The notes: generated by a model from the sequence alone, not told the origin. A stretch of 64,000 bases of DNA from an uncultured Alphaproteobacteria bacterium (GCA_963838815.1 CAWISS010000020.1:21334-85333); one strand, 5' to 3'. Numbered from the stretch's first letter, positions 31,244 to 44,117 are shown. A program made the numbers and translations.

Positions 31244-32234
31244 ACAGGGCGGCATAGCCGATGCCCATCTTCTCGACCGGGAAGTTGCTCTCGGCCATGC
31301 AGCGATCCGCGCCGAACAGCTCGATGCAGGTCTCCACATAGGGGCGCCAGTGCGCGGCCAGCTGCTCCGACGACGGCGGCGCGTCGAGCCCCATGTAGTC
31401 GTAGGCCGCCAGCCGCATCATCATCCCGCCCAGCTTCATCGTGACGTTCGGGCATTTCGCCAGTTCGGTGACCGAGCGCTTCCAGTCGGCGAACACCTCG
31501 TCTCGCTTGCCGGCATAGCGGCCATAGCCCAGCGGGCCGCCGCAATGACCGACGATGATGTTGCTGCCGGGAAAGGCGCGGGCCAGATCGGTGATGTCGG
31601 GGATCTGCGGATGGAAGCCCCAGGCGTCCAGCGACAGGCCCAGCGCCGCACAGACGAGCCAGCCCGGCGCGAAAGTCGGGGCGCAGATAGAGGCCCGGCT
31701 GCATGTCGGGCGCGCTGTTGCCGATGACCGGATCGGCATCGTAGCCGGCCGAGTGCCGCACGCCGCGGAACCGCCCGCCGCCGGCGCGGATATGCGCCTC
31801 CAGCACCGGCGTCACCCAGTCGCCGGCGGTCAGGTCGGCATAGCCGACGATGCCGGCGGCGACCTGCGTCTTGCCGTAGCCGCCGCTGTCGCTCATGGCG
31901 GCGATGCCGGCGACGAACTCGGTTTCTCCGACCGGGCGCATCGGCACCGGGCCGGCGGCGCGATACATCGAGTGGCACTGCAGGAAGACGCTGCCGACGA
32001 TGTTGTGGCCGGTGGCGCAGTCGGCCAGGAACTCATCCAGCAGATAGCGGAACGCGGGCACCTCCCAGGCATTCGCCGCGGCGCGCCCGCCGCCTGCCGG
32101 TGCCAGAGATGGTGGTGGGTGTCGATGATCGGCAGGTCGGGGTCGATGATCGGCTCCGCCGGCGCCTTGGCCAGCCAGGCCTCGCGCGGCGGGAAAATCC
32201 GGCCGAAGGCGGTTGCGCTCGGTGCGATCGTCAT
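31146..32234 (-). CDS. Amidohydrolase_2 family protein, frameshifted
   Basis: PIIDTHHHLW, GETEFV, RFRGVRH, VGHCGGP, MKLGG, ESNFPVEK. Confidence 0.88.
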
Positions 32235-32308
32235 CGGCGTTCCCCCATCTTGCTCGTGGCACCGTGTGTTCGTCGCGATGGCGAATTACCGCACGGGCGC
32301 GGCCGCGT

Positions 32309-33042
32309 TCAAGCTGCTCGTATCAATGCGCCGGCGGTTGCAGCGCCGGCGGCTGGATGCTGAATGGCTGCGTCGGCGCCCTGCGGTGCGGCCGCGCCGC
32401 TGCTGCTGCGGCGGCGTGCCTGCACCTGGCGGGTCAGGTCGGTGATGCAGCGGCCGAACGTGTCGCTGATCGCGGTCGATCCGGTGAGCGAGATCGTCCA
32501 GGGCGGCTCGTTGCCATCCGGAAAGGTCAACGTCATGGACTGGGCGCGAACGGAACTGCTGGTCGAACTGTCTGGATCGCGTTGCGGTCCAGCGTCCACC
32601 CGATGTCATGCCATGCCCGTTCGCATGCAACGTCCACGGCGTGTTCAGACCGATCTGCATCACCACGGCGACCCGCGTGCTGTCCGGGATGCTCCAGTCC
32701 GGCTTGCTGGCCGAGAAAACGTGTGATCGCGCCGCCGATATCGAACGGATCGACAGGCTGCGGTTATCCACCGGTTGGTGTCGCCACGCCGCACACCGCC
32801 CCGCCTGGCTGTTCCGGCCACTGAACGCATCCCAGGCGCCTGCGTGGTAATACACCTGCGTCTGCGCAGCCTGCCTGCGTGGCCGAGGTTGCTCCGCCGA
32901 TGCGGATCGAACGCCGGCTGGGCCTGGCCGTCGGGGGCGTCGCCCAGACCGGAGACTGGGTATCAGACGCTTGGGCAAAGGCTGCGCGCGGGGGCAGCGC
33001 AAGTGCGGCGAGCATGACAGCCAGGCGAGCAGGACAGTTCAT
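32309..33042 (-). CDS. Secreted hypothetical protein, frameshifted
   Basis: Signal MNCPARLAVMLAALAL; pieces YYHAGAWDAF, KPDWSIP, MTLTFPDGNEPPWTISLTGS. Confidence 0.6.
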
Positions 33043-33112
33043 CAGCGCTCATCAGTGTTCCCAAGGTGGGACCGGTGAGTGCGCAGGCGAAAACAATCGC
33101 CATCTCGAATGA

Positions 33113-34514
<1,402 letters not shown>

Positions 34515-34666
34515 AGCGATTCCGATCAGTCGGCAAGCCTGTAACTCGACCAATGCCTGGAAGAAGGCGGTCAGCGTGGCCAGACGGAGCGGGCCGTGGT
34601 CGTTCAGGGTGAGCGAATATAGCGCGCAGATCCATGTCGGACCGCGCCGGCAGTATCTCCGGGCTG

Positions 34667-34686
34667 GCAACCTTTTCTTAAGGTTG
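34667..34686. promoter_or_regulatory. CtrA-like/palindromic site upstream of diguanylate cyclase
   Basis: GCAA-N7-TTAA overlapping the inverted repeat CAACCTT-N5-AAGGTTG. Confidence 0.4.
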
Positions 34687-34731
34687 TTGTGACCTGATGC
34701 GTGCGACCTGTTTTGCCGGGAAAAGCCACGC

Positions 34732-36130
34732 ATGCCTGAGATGCTGCTCAATCCAGTCACGGAGCCTGCATCCGGCAAGCCGGTCGCGCCGCTGCTGCAC
34801 AGCCGCGCTGATCGACAGCCGGCAGCGCTGGCAACACCTGGTCAATCTGGCCGCCGATCTGGCGTTCGAGACGGACACCAAGGGCCGCTTTGTCTTCATC
34901 GCCCCGGAGGAGGTTCTCGGCTGGTCCGCCGGTGCACTGATCGGTCAGCCATCGGAGCTGCTGCTGGGCGCGAACGACAGCGGCGGCTTCAATCCGTTTC
35001 GTTCAACCGTGGAGATGCGGGGGCAGCGCGTCTGGATAAAGCAATACAACGGTGGCACCGCCTGCATGGCATTCGCCGTCGCGCCGCTGTTCGACGCTGA
35101 AGGCCATATCACCGGCTCACGCGGGATCGGCATCGATGTGACCGAGGGCGATACGCAGGCCGCCACAGACCGCCGGCAGCCTGCGTCGCGGCGAGGTGCT
35201 CGACTACATATTTGGTGCGTGGCGCAGGAGGTCATGGCGCCTCGGATGATGGATGCCGCGCTTTCGGCGCTGGTGAATGCGCTCGCCGCCGAGGGTGCGA
35301 CGGTGGTCGCTGCCGGCAACGAAGGTCGTGTCGAGCTGCTGCATGAAGTCGGGCCCCGGGTCGCATGCGATACGCGATACGGCGGCTCGGCTGGTCAGTG
35401 AGCGTGGCACTGAGCCGAACCAGGCAATTACCGTGGACGGGCGGCTGGTGCTGGCCATGGGCTGTCAAACCCGCTTCGGGGCAAATGCCGCCTTGGCGGT
35501 GTGGCGGACCTCCGATCAGCGGCCCTGGGACCGCGACGACACCCTGCTGGCCGGGTCGGCCGCCAGCATCATCCGCATGATCCTGGAGCACGAGGCGATC
35601 CAGCACGAAATGGGCCGCCAGGCGCGCACCGACCCGCTGACCGGACTGCTGAACCGCCGCGCCTTCCTGGAGGAGATGCAACGCCATGTCGACAGGCTGG
35701 ACCAGGAAAACGCGCCAGGGACCCTGATGTTCGTCGACATGGACTCGTTCAAGACGATCAACGATCGGTTCGGCCACGAGATGGGCGACCATAGCCTGAT
35801 CCACATCGCCAAGATGCTGCGTGATCTGCTGCGGCCCTCCGATCTGATCGCCCGCCTCGGCGGTGACGAGTTTGCCGTCTGGATGAGCGGCGCCGATCAT
35901 CTGACCGCGGCGGAGCGGGCCGACCATCTGTGCCGACGGCGCCCGCTGACTTGGCCGCCCTGCTGGGCGAGGCCCTCTCCGGCCTCGGCTTGTCGATCGG
36001 CGTCGCCTGTCGCCAAGCGGGCAGCCAGGAGCCGATCGATAGCCTGATCCGGCGGGCTGATCTGGCAATGTATGAGGTCAAGCGCGGCGGACGCGGCCAT
36101 TGGCGGGTTTCCCTGGCGGAGGGCGATTGA
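34732..36130 (+). CDS. PAS-GAF-like-GGDEF diguanylate cyclase, frameshifted
   Basis: DLAFETDTKGRF (PAS), TDPLTGLLNRRAF, I-site RPSD, RLGGDEF, RADLAMYEVK. Confidence 0.88.
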
Positions 36131-37351
36131 TGGACGTGGATGAAGCCGCACGGGTGCAACAGAACGCTGAGTGCGGCGTCGGTTCCGGATATCCTGTGCG
36201 ATCCGCCGGAACGAGGCTTTGGCGACGGTCTGTGCGCCCTCTGGCGCTGAACCCGGTGGCGGCGGGCAAGATGGGCGTGATGTCTGCCATCCGGCCGGGA
36301 GGAACGGGTGCGCGCGTTATTGACCCGCAAGCTTGCCGCATTGACCCCAGGCCTAAGCGATGCGGCGCATAGTCGCCTGCGCGAGGATACCATAGAGACC
36401 TTGACCAACCTGGTTGCGGATGAGGCGGAGCGCGTGCGAGCGAGCATCGCCGAGGCGATCAAGCACATGCCCGATGCGCCACGTGCCCTTATTCTGCGAT
36501 TGGCGGCGGACCCGGCGGTGATGGTGTGTGAGCCGATCATCCGCTTTTCGCCGGTTTTGACTTCAGAGGACCTGGTCGCCCTGATCGTGACCGCCCCGTC
36601 CCCCGCCACGATCATGGCGGCGGCCCGCCGGCCGCGGATTGACGCCATGCTATGCGATGCGATTGTCGACGCCGCCGACACCGACGCGATCGGCGCCCTG
36701 CTGGCCAATCCATCCGCTCAGATCCGGGAGGCGACGCTGGATGCCCTGGTTGCTCGCGCCGCCCAGCATGAGGGATGGCAGGAGCCGCTGGTTCGACGGC
36801 CTTGCCTGCCAGCGCGCGCCGCCCGCGCCTTGTCAGAAATTGTTGCCAATCATCTGCTGGAGGTGTTGTGGGCGCGTGAAGATCTGGACCCCGCCTTGGC
36901 CCACGATCTGCGCGACCGGCTGAGGCGAGCCGCGCCGGCGGCTTCAGCCGAGACCATGCTGGCGCTGGGCACGGAGGACCAGGCGGACCTGGCAAAGGCG
37001 GCTAACCTGGAAAGTGCCTACGGTCTGCGCGATGCCGGACGGATCGACGATGCGTCGATCCTGGCCGCCGCTCAGCGCGGCGAAGTCACCTTGGTGACTG
37101 CGATGCTGGCGGCGAAGGCCGGTGTTCCGTTGGCGGTGATAGAACGTGCCGCGTCTCTGCGCAGCGCCAAGGGGCTGGTCAGCTTGAGCTGGAAAGCCGG
37201 ACTGTCGATGCGGGCGGCGATGGCCTTGCAGGTCCTGGTCGGCCGCGTACAGCCCGACGGCGTCATCCATCCGCGGCCAGGAGGCGGCTTTCCTATGTCA
37301 CCGCAGGAGATGCGCTGGCAGCTGGAATTCCTCGGCCGGACCAGTCGTTGA
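36130..37351 (+). CDS. DUF2336 domain protein (5' frameshifts)
   Basis: VRASIAEAIK, LAADP..VCEPIIRFSPVLTSEDL, LLANPSAQIREATLD. Confidence 0.82.
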
Positions 37352-37534
37352 CCTGCCGCTGTGCAACAGCGTGGTCCGTTCACTGCGGTCGTCGGTCGTG
37401 ACCGTGCCCGCTCGTCTTGCCCGCACGAGGTCGGCCGTGCCTGGCAAACTTTGCGGCTCGCTGTCGTCGTGCTTCGATAGCCAGTGTATCCGCCGCGTCC
37501 GCCACAACGCGTGGCGGCCGATGACAGCCGAAGC

Positions 37535-38446
37535 CTATCGGCGGATCAGGGTGCCAGGGCCAGCCTCGGTGAACAGTTCCAGCAGGCAGGCATGCGGCAC
37601 GCTGCCATCCAGGATCACCGCGCCTTTGACACCCTGCCGCACGGCTTCCACGCAGTTCTCCACCTTAGGGATCATGCCCCCGGTGATCGTGCCGTCGGCG
37701 ATCCGGGCCTGCACTTCCGATACTGTCAGCGTCTGGATCAAGCGTTTGTCCTTGTCCAGCACGCCCGACACGTCGGTCAGCATCAATAACCGCGTGGCGT
37801 TCAGCGCGCCGGCTACAGCCGCGGCCACGGTATCCGCGTTGATGTTGTAGGTCTGGCCGTCAGCGCCCACCCCCACCGGAGCAATCACCGGAACCAGGCC
37901 GCCGCCGGTCAGCGCGTGGATGACCCGCACATCGATGCTGGTCGGTTCGCCGACGAAACCCAGGTCCAGCGCCCGCTCGATATGGCTGTCCGGATCGATC
38001 TTGCTGCGGTTCAGCTTGCGCGCACGGATCATCGCGCCGTCCTTGCCGCAGATGCCGACAGCCAGCGCGCCCGCGTCAGTGATCAGACTGGAAACGTATT
38101 TATTGACGGTGCCGGCCAGCACCATCTCGATGACCTCGACCATCGCCGCGTCGGTGACCCGCAGACCGTCGATGAAAGTGGACTGGATCGCCAGCCGCTT
38201 GAGCATCGCGTTGATCTGCGGTCCGCCGCCATGCACCACCACTGGGTTGATGCCGACCTGCTTCAACAGGGCGATGTCCTGGCCGAACTGCCGAGCCAGA
38301 TGCTCCGCGCCCATGGCATGTCCACCGTATTTGACCACGACCGTCGCGCCGGCATAGCGGCGCAGGAAGGGCAGGGCATGGGCTAGGACGCGGGCCTGCT
38401 CGGTTGCCGCCGCGACGTCGCTGGGGGAGGGATGTGTTTCGCTCAT
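37535..38446 (-). CDS. argB: Acetylglutamate kinase
   Basis: [44 protein letters not shown]. Confidence 0.97.
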   Translation of the reverse strand: MSETHPSPSDVAAATEQARVLAHALPFLRRYAGATVVVKYGGHAMGAEHLARQFGQDIALLKQVGINPVVVHGGGPQINAMLKRLAIQSTFIDGLRVTDAAMVEVIEMVLAGTVNKYVSSLITDAGALAVGICGKDGAMIRARKLNRSKIDPDSHIERALDLGFVGEPTSIDVRVIHALTGGGLVPVIAPVGVGADGQTYNINADTVAAAVAGALNATRLLMLTDVSGVLDKDKRLIQTLTVSEVQARIADGTITGGMIPKVENCVEAVRQGVKGAVILDGSVPHACLLELFTEAGPGTLIRR

Positions 38447-38579
38447 TCCGCGCGTGTAGGGCGGCGCCGGCCTTCAGGGTCAAGAACACGGTCGGCGTCG
38501 GGTCGAGGAGCCGCAGGCGGCGGCCAGCGCGCGTATCGATCGCTCCCTGGTTTAGAAACCCCGGGAAAACCTGCCGGCC

Positions 38580-38594
38580 TTAACCCTTTCGTAA
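38580..38594. promoter_or_regulatory. CtrA-box-like site upstream of the GGDEF-EAL/BLUF operon
   Basis: TTAA-CCCTTTC-GTAA, one mismatch to TTAA-N7-TTAA. Confidence 0.55.
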
Positions 38595-38666
38595 GCCATT
38601 GGCGCCGATGATTGGCGGCAGGCGATGTGCAGCATTGACGGAGGCCAGGGTGCGTGAAGCAGGCGT

Positions 38667-40426
38667 GATGCAACTGGAAGGCAGCCGTTTCGCGGCCCTG
38701 AAGACTATACGGAACAATCCACCAAGAACCGTTCGGCAGCGCGGTGTCGCGGCTGCTCAGGGGCGTTTTGCAGCCCGGGCGCTGGATCACCTACCGATGG
38801 CTGTCGCGGTGGTGGATCGTTCGTTGCGGCTGCATTACTGGAACCTGCATGCCGCCGGTCTGTTCGACTTGCCGTCCGTAATGTCCGCGGATGCCCCGGA
38901 TCTGCTGGATGTGCTGCAAGTCGCAGGGCGCATCACGTCCCGCCAGCGTGACCGTATTGCGGAATTCTGTGCCGACGTCATCGCCGCCCCCGATCGCGGG
39001 GAGCCGGTGACTTGGCTGCGCCTCTCCTTCAACCGCCAGCAGCGAGTTGCTCTCAAATTGCATGGTCTCGGCGACGAACGCTGGCTGCTGGCGATCGAGC
39101 CCCTCAATTCAACCGTCCAGATCACTCAGTCTGCCGGCGACGCGATGGTGGATGCGCTGACCGGGCTGAGCAACCGCCGGCACTTCAATGACATGTTGCA
39201 GGACGTCGTGCAGCACGCCGGAGCCGGACACCCGTCATGCTGTCCTGATGATCGACCTGGACCGTTTCAAGAGCATCAACGACAGCCTGGGTCATTCGAT
39301 TGGCGACGCCCTGCTTTGCCTGGTGGCCCAACGCCTGCGCCGGGAAACCCGCGAGCAGGACCTGATCGCACGCCTGGGCGGCGATGAATTTGTCATTCTG
39401 CTGCCGGACGGTGAAATCGCCGAGGCGCTGGCCGCCCGCGTGGTGAGCACGCTGTCCCGCCCCTTCCTGGTCGAAGGCCACGTTGCGAGCATCAGCGCCA
39501 GCGTCGGCATCGCCCGCTACTATCATGAGCAACGTGCCTCCTCCGACGATCTGATGCGCCACGCCGACCTGGCCCTTTTCGAAGCGAAGAGCGCCGGTCG
39601 CCAGACCTGGCGGCGCTTCGAGCCCGTCATGGCCGAGGGTGCTCGTCTGCGGCGGGAGTTGGAAACGGATCTGCGCAAGGCGATGGTGTTGGAGGAGTTT
39701 TCGCTTGCCTATCAACCGCAACTGAATGTCCACTCCAATCGCTTGACGGGGTTCGAGGCGCTGCTGCGCTGGAATCATCCGACGCGTGGCGCGGTTCCCC
39801 CGGGGGTATTCATTCCGGTCGCCGAGGACATCGGTTGCATTGTGGAACTGGGCGAATGGGTCTTGCTGACCGCTTGCCGGCAAGCCGCGCGGTGGCCAGA
39901 TTCCCTGTCGGTCGCGGTGAACGTATCGTCCTGCCAGTTTGCCGATTGCGAGCGTCTGTATCGGGCCATACAATCCGCCCTCGAAATAACCTCGCTCGCC
40001 CCCGAGCGTTTGGAAATCGAAATCACCGAAAGCGTGCTCATGACGCAAGCCGCGCCAGTGCTGGACCTGCTGCATCGGCTTCGCGCCATGGGCATACATC
40101 TTGCCATGGATGATTTCGGCACTGGATATTCGTCGCTCAGCCAGTTGCGGGCCTTCCCGTTCGACAAGATCAAGATCGATCGGTCGTTCGTCGCCGACCT
40201 CGGCGAAAATCAGGCAGCCGGCGCGGTGGTCCGCGCCATTACGTCGCTTGGCTCCGGTCTTGGCATGACCACGATCGCCGAGGGGGTCGAAACCGCCGAA
40301 CAGGCGGCGCTGGTGGAGGCCGATGGCTGCACCGACATCCAGGGGTACCTGATCAGCCGGCCGATCCCGGCGACCGAAATCGATGCTCTCTTGCGCCGAT
40401 ATGCCGGCGGTCGAGCCGCATCATGA
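38667..40426 (+). CDS. PAS-GGDEF-EAL bifunctional c-di-GMP enzyme (frameshift near 39200-39230)
   Basis: LDHLPMAVAVVD..WN (PAS), DALTGLSNRR, RLGGDEF, GFEALLRW, DDFGTGYSS, IAEGVET. Confidence 0.92.
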
Positions 40427-40920
40427 GGCGAGACGTCGTGCCAGGCCCGCAGTACCGTCTGCTTTACTGCAGCCGCAACGTAATCGCCCCTTCGTCGATC
40501 GGCGGATATAATGATCGTGGGCATGCCGTGGACATGGAGCACGAACTCCGCTCCATCCTGAGCGTGGCTCGCCGGCGAAATCAGTCGGACAATATAACCG
40601 GCGCGCTCTTGTTCACCGCATCTGGCTTCGCCCAGGTGCTGGAAGGCCACCGGGACGTGGTGGAGCGTACCTTCGAACGGATCGGTGCTGACCCGCGCCA
40701 CGCCGACATCACTGTGCTGGCGTTCACGCCCACCGAAAGACGCAGCTTCCCGGACTGGGCCATGGGTTTTAGCGGTCAGATGAAACCCGGACTTGCCGAT
40801 CCGCTGGCGCATTTGCTGTCCGACGCCACGTTTTCCGGCGAGCGGGCAACCACCGGCAGTGATCTCCTGCGCCTGCTCGAGAAGGTGGTCCGGCGCGAGG
40901 ATGAGTGGATTGCGGCTTGA
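40423..40920 (+). CDS. Stand-alone BLUF blue-light photoreceptor
   Basis: LLYCS (Tyr), ARRRN..NITGALL, FAQVLEG (Gln), DPRH, FPDWAM (Trp/Met). Confidence 0.93.
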   Translation: MRRDVVPGPQYRLLYCSRNVIAPSSIGGYNDRGHAVDMEHELRSILSVARRRNQSDNITGALLFTASGFAQVLEGHRDVVERTFERIGADPRHADITVLAFTPTERRSFPDWAMGFSGQMKPGLADPLAHLLSDATFSGERATTGSDLLRLLEKVVRREDEWIAA

Positions 40921-40983
40921 TTGGGGGCGCGATCGAGGGGCGGGCGCTAAGGGTCGGCGGCGGCAAGTGGCCGATCCCGTAAT

Positions 40984-41127
40984 TTACGCCCAAGCTGTAA
41001 ACGGGGTGAAGGCGTTGAGGAATTGCTCGACCCAGCGGGTGATGCTGACCGATGCCCAGCCGGTGATGCGGTTGCTGCCGATGGTGACGACAATTTCATC
41101 GGGATTGATGGCAAGCGCACTGAACAT
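40984..41127 (-). pseudogene. N-terminal fragment of a Mu gp44/GpP-like baseplate hub protein
   Basis: 47 aa containing EIVVTIGSNRITGWASVSITRWVEQFLNAF, resembling the recalled Mu gp44 N-terminus TVTLRADGRLFTGWTSVSVTRSIE. Confidence 0.6.
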
Positions 41128-41227
41128 TCGTTCCGCCGGTTAACTCGCTACAATACTGTTCCTATGTAGTATATAGTTTTCGTTTGATGGCAGTCCTACA
41201 GACGATTGTAAGTAATGGAGATCGCGT

Positions 41228-41734
41228 ATGCGAAAGACGTGGCTGACGCTTTGCCTTGGCATGTCGGTGTCGGCATGTGGCGCGACCACCGGTAGTCAGG
41301 TGATCACCAGTGTCGATTATGCTTCTAATCCATGTGCGCCGATTGCCGACCCAATTGATTAGTTGGTTTCAAGTTTCAGTGAAGGCGAAAGGCACGGCGC
41401 TTGCGATCAGCAGAAAGCTGCTCATGCCGCCGCAGTGGCACACGAGGCGGAGGCTCGGGCCGCACGCGACGCTTCGGCGCATGCGAGTGAAGCCAAGTCA
41501 GCGTGACATCGGGATACGCGTCACTTTCATATTGTGCAGACCTCGGCGCTTCCGTGTCGCGATCCGCATGCTTTAGAGGCGCTATCCGAGCCAGACGCTC
41601 GTCACCGCTGGGGCGAACTCAACTATATACAGATCGCAACGGCCAGCGAGTGCGCCGAGGTCGGCAATTCGCGACCTTATGATCTGCTACAGCACCCCGC
41701 GCTTCAGCTTCATGACGCAGCTTTTCGATGGTAG
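41228..41734 (+). pseudogene. Lipoprotein gene interrupted by two in-frame stops
   Basis: SD GGAG; MRKTWLTLCLGMSVSA|C lipobox; TAG 41360-41362 and TGA 41504-41506 in the same frame as ORF 41534-41734. Confidence 0.55.
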
Positions 41735-41899
41735 GGCGGGACGTTGTTATTTTATGCCAACCGCGGATCTGGCTGACGATTTGAATCAGCCGCCGCGACC
41801 TGGCATAAGTCATTGATCACGCCGTCAGCACCATCCAAGATTGACGTTCTGAATCGCCAAGTGAGGAAATACCACCATTTCCATTCGTTGAAGTAACAC

Positions 41900-42289
41900 T
41901 TACTCTTGGTCCCTTTGGCGTCGCGGCTGTAGCGGCAACAAGCGTAGGCGCATGCGGTGTGGTTCAACGCTCAACAATGCGCCTTCTTCCAGCTCTAATG
42001 TCATCTGTCGAAGGGCGGAGATCACCTGCTGACCAATTACGTCCGGGCTGACATCGTTGGCCCTGATTTGTACAACACTCGGCTTTTCACCCTGGGTGGC
42101 AGCGAGGATCCCGCTGAAGTCAAGGTCGTGAGTTATTACTACATACTTATTTGTACCTGCGTAGGCCATAATGTCTGTATCAGTCGCGTTATGTGCGCCC
42201 AGGTCTGACCAGTGCGCCGCCTCAAGCCCGGCATTGGCCAATAAACCAATCCAGCGCGGCGACAGGTTCATATCGATAAGCAGCTTCAT
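41900..42289 (-). CDS. DUF5615 PIN-like toxin
   Basis: MKLLIDMNLSP, D.DI..YA, ITHDLDF, PSVVQIR. Confidence 0.9.
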   Translation of the reverse strand: MKLLIDMNLSPRWIGLLANAGLEAAHWSDLGAHNATDTDIMAYAGTNKYVVITHDLDFSGILAATQGEKPSVVQIRANDVSPDVIGQQVISALRQMTLELEEGALLSVEPHRMRLRLLPLQPRRQRDQE

Positions 42290-42516
42290 CCCGCGGCCAG
42301 AATGACCTCACGTTCTTCGGTGCGCCAAGCAGCGTAGCGCAGCGCCTGCAGGATGTCCTCACGCTCAAGATAGGGATAATCGACGAGCACCTCGTCAATG
42401 CCCTGCCCGGCGCCAATTTGTCCCACAATCATGCCAACCGTGACGCGCATCCCGCGGATGCAGGCCTTGCCGCCCATGACATCGGGTTGCTGGGTTACGC
42501 GGTCCAGTGCTCCCAT
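42286..42516 (-). CDS. DUF433 antitoxin
   Basis: PDVMGGKACIRGMRVTV..YPYLEREDILQALRYAA; 4-nt overlap with the PIN gene. Confidence 0.93.
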   Translation of the reverse strand: MGALDRVTQQPDVMGGKACIRGMRVTVGMIVGQIGAGQGIDEVLVDYPYLEREDILQALRYAAWRTEEREVILAAG

Positions 42517-42544
42517 GATTATTCCTTAATCGCAATTTACAGCC

Positions 42545-42573
42545 ATGATAGCCCTTCACAAGGGCTTTTGCAA
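42545..42573 (-). promoter_or_regulatory. Sigma70 promoter of the TA operon with a palindromic operator in the spacer
   Basis: Minus strand TTGCAA-N17-TATCAT; AGCCCTT-N3-AAGGGCT at 42550-42566. Confidence 0.7.
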
Positions 42574-42594
42574 AATATCGCCAGTCCGCATCAA

Positions 42595-44044
42595 TCACTC
42601 CCGCGCAAGAAAATCCCGCACCCTCTCGGTCACCTCCCGCTTCGGGAACATTCCGGCCAGCGCCCGCGCGCGGGTCAGCGGGTCGCTGGCGAAGAACCGC
42701 TCATACAGCACCTGCCGGCTGCCGAACGAACTGCAGGCGATATCCCACGCCAGGTGGAACAACCGCACCCGATCCTTCGCCGAACTGCCGTCCGTCGCCA
42801 GATATTGCTCGATCTGTGGCGCCAGGGGTGAGCTAAGATCCGCCTCCGTCGGCAGGATCATGAAGCTGGAGGAGCCGAGCAGCTGGAGGATTTCGACCAT
42901 CCGTGGGTAGGCGGTCATGAACAGGTTGCGGGTCGTTTCGGCCGCCAGGGGAGCCGGGCACATGACGCCCCACTCATCCAGTTCGGCGTCCGCCTCGGCT
43001 GCTCGCATGCAGGCACGGGTCAGCTCGGTGTACATCACCAGCTCGCCGATCCGCTCCTCACTGTGTGGCAGATGCGCATTGCCCAGCGTCTCGGTCATCA
43101 GCAGCGCCACGCCCAGCACCAGCTCGCATTTCGCCAGGTTCTTGGCACAGCCCTGATGCGCCGTATGAGCCGAGGAATGCGTGACCCACGCCGTTCCGTT
43201 CAGCAAATCGACATCGCCGTGAATGAAAACCCGTTCCCACGGCACCAGCACATCGTCGAAGAACACGATGCAGTCCATCTCCTCGAAGCGCGAGCCCAAC
43301 GGGTGATCGAAATGCGACTTACCTTCGTCGAAGCTGTCGCGGCACAGGAAGCGCAGGCCAGGCGTGTCGCACGGCACCGCGAAATTCAGCGCGAACCGGC
43401 TATATTCCTCAGTGTGCTGTGCCAACCGAGGCGCATAGACAGCGATCTCGTCGGCCAGCGGCCCCAGCGTGGCCAGCACGCGGGCGCCACGCACCACAAG
43501 GCCCGCTGACGTCTCCTTGCATCACCTGAAGCGCCGTGCCCTCCTGCAGGTTGAACTTGCCGCCGATGTGGCGGCTGCGCTGCAGGTTGATCAGCGCATG
43601 CGTCAGCACCAGGTCGTTGCGCGCGATGTACTGGTGATAACGGCGCATGTTGTCGGCGAACTCGGGCTTGCCACGACCGAAATAGTCCGCCGCGCCCGCC
43701 CAGCAGGCGAAATTCACGTTCATGAAGTCAGGCGAGCGGCCCATCATGCCGCACGTCGTGCGGGCCCAGTTCAGCATCATCACCCGCCGCCGCTCCAGGT
43801 CCTGCCGGGTCCGCGGAATGATGAACGACAGACCCAGCGTTTCGCCGGTATCCGCGTCGGTGTAGGTCATTGCGTCGCGCTGCGCCGGATCGCATTGCAG
43901 GTCATAGAGAGACGCAATGGCTCGCGCACCATTGGCCAGACCCGGATGAGAGGTCACGTCAGTCACCCGCTCTCCGCGCATCCATACCTCGGTCCGTCGC
44001 TCGCGAAGACCGGCCAGATACTGAGCGCCTGTACGGACCGCCAT
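42595..44044 (-). CDS. hpaB: 4-hydroxyphenylacetate 3-monooxygenase oxygenase-family protein (frameshift near 43510)
   Basis: RTGAQYLAGL, GMMGRSPDFMN, THAL, VRGARVLATL, PLGSRFEEMD, FDDVLVPWERVF, SRQVLYERF; substrate not certain. Confidence 0.85.
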
Positions 44045-44117
44045 GTCATCCTCCTGTTGATATGTCCCTGGGCTTTTGCTTGTGGAACAGTTTGTTGGGA
44101 CTTTCGCTGGATGCAGC

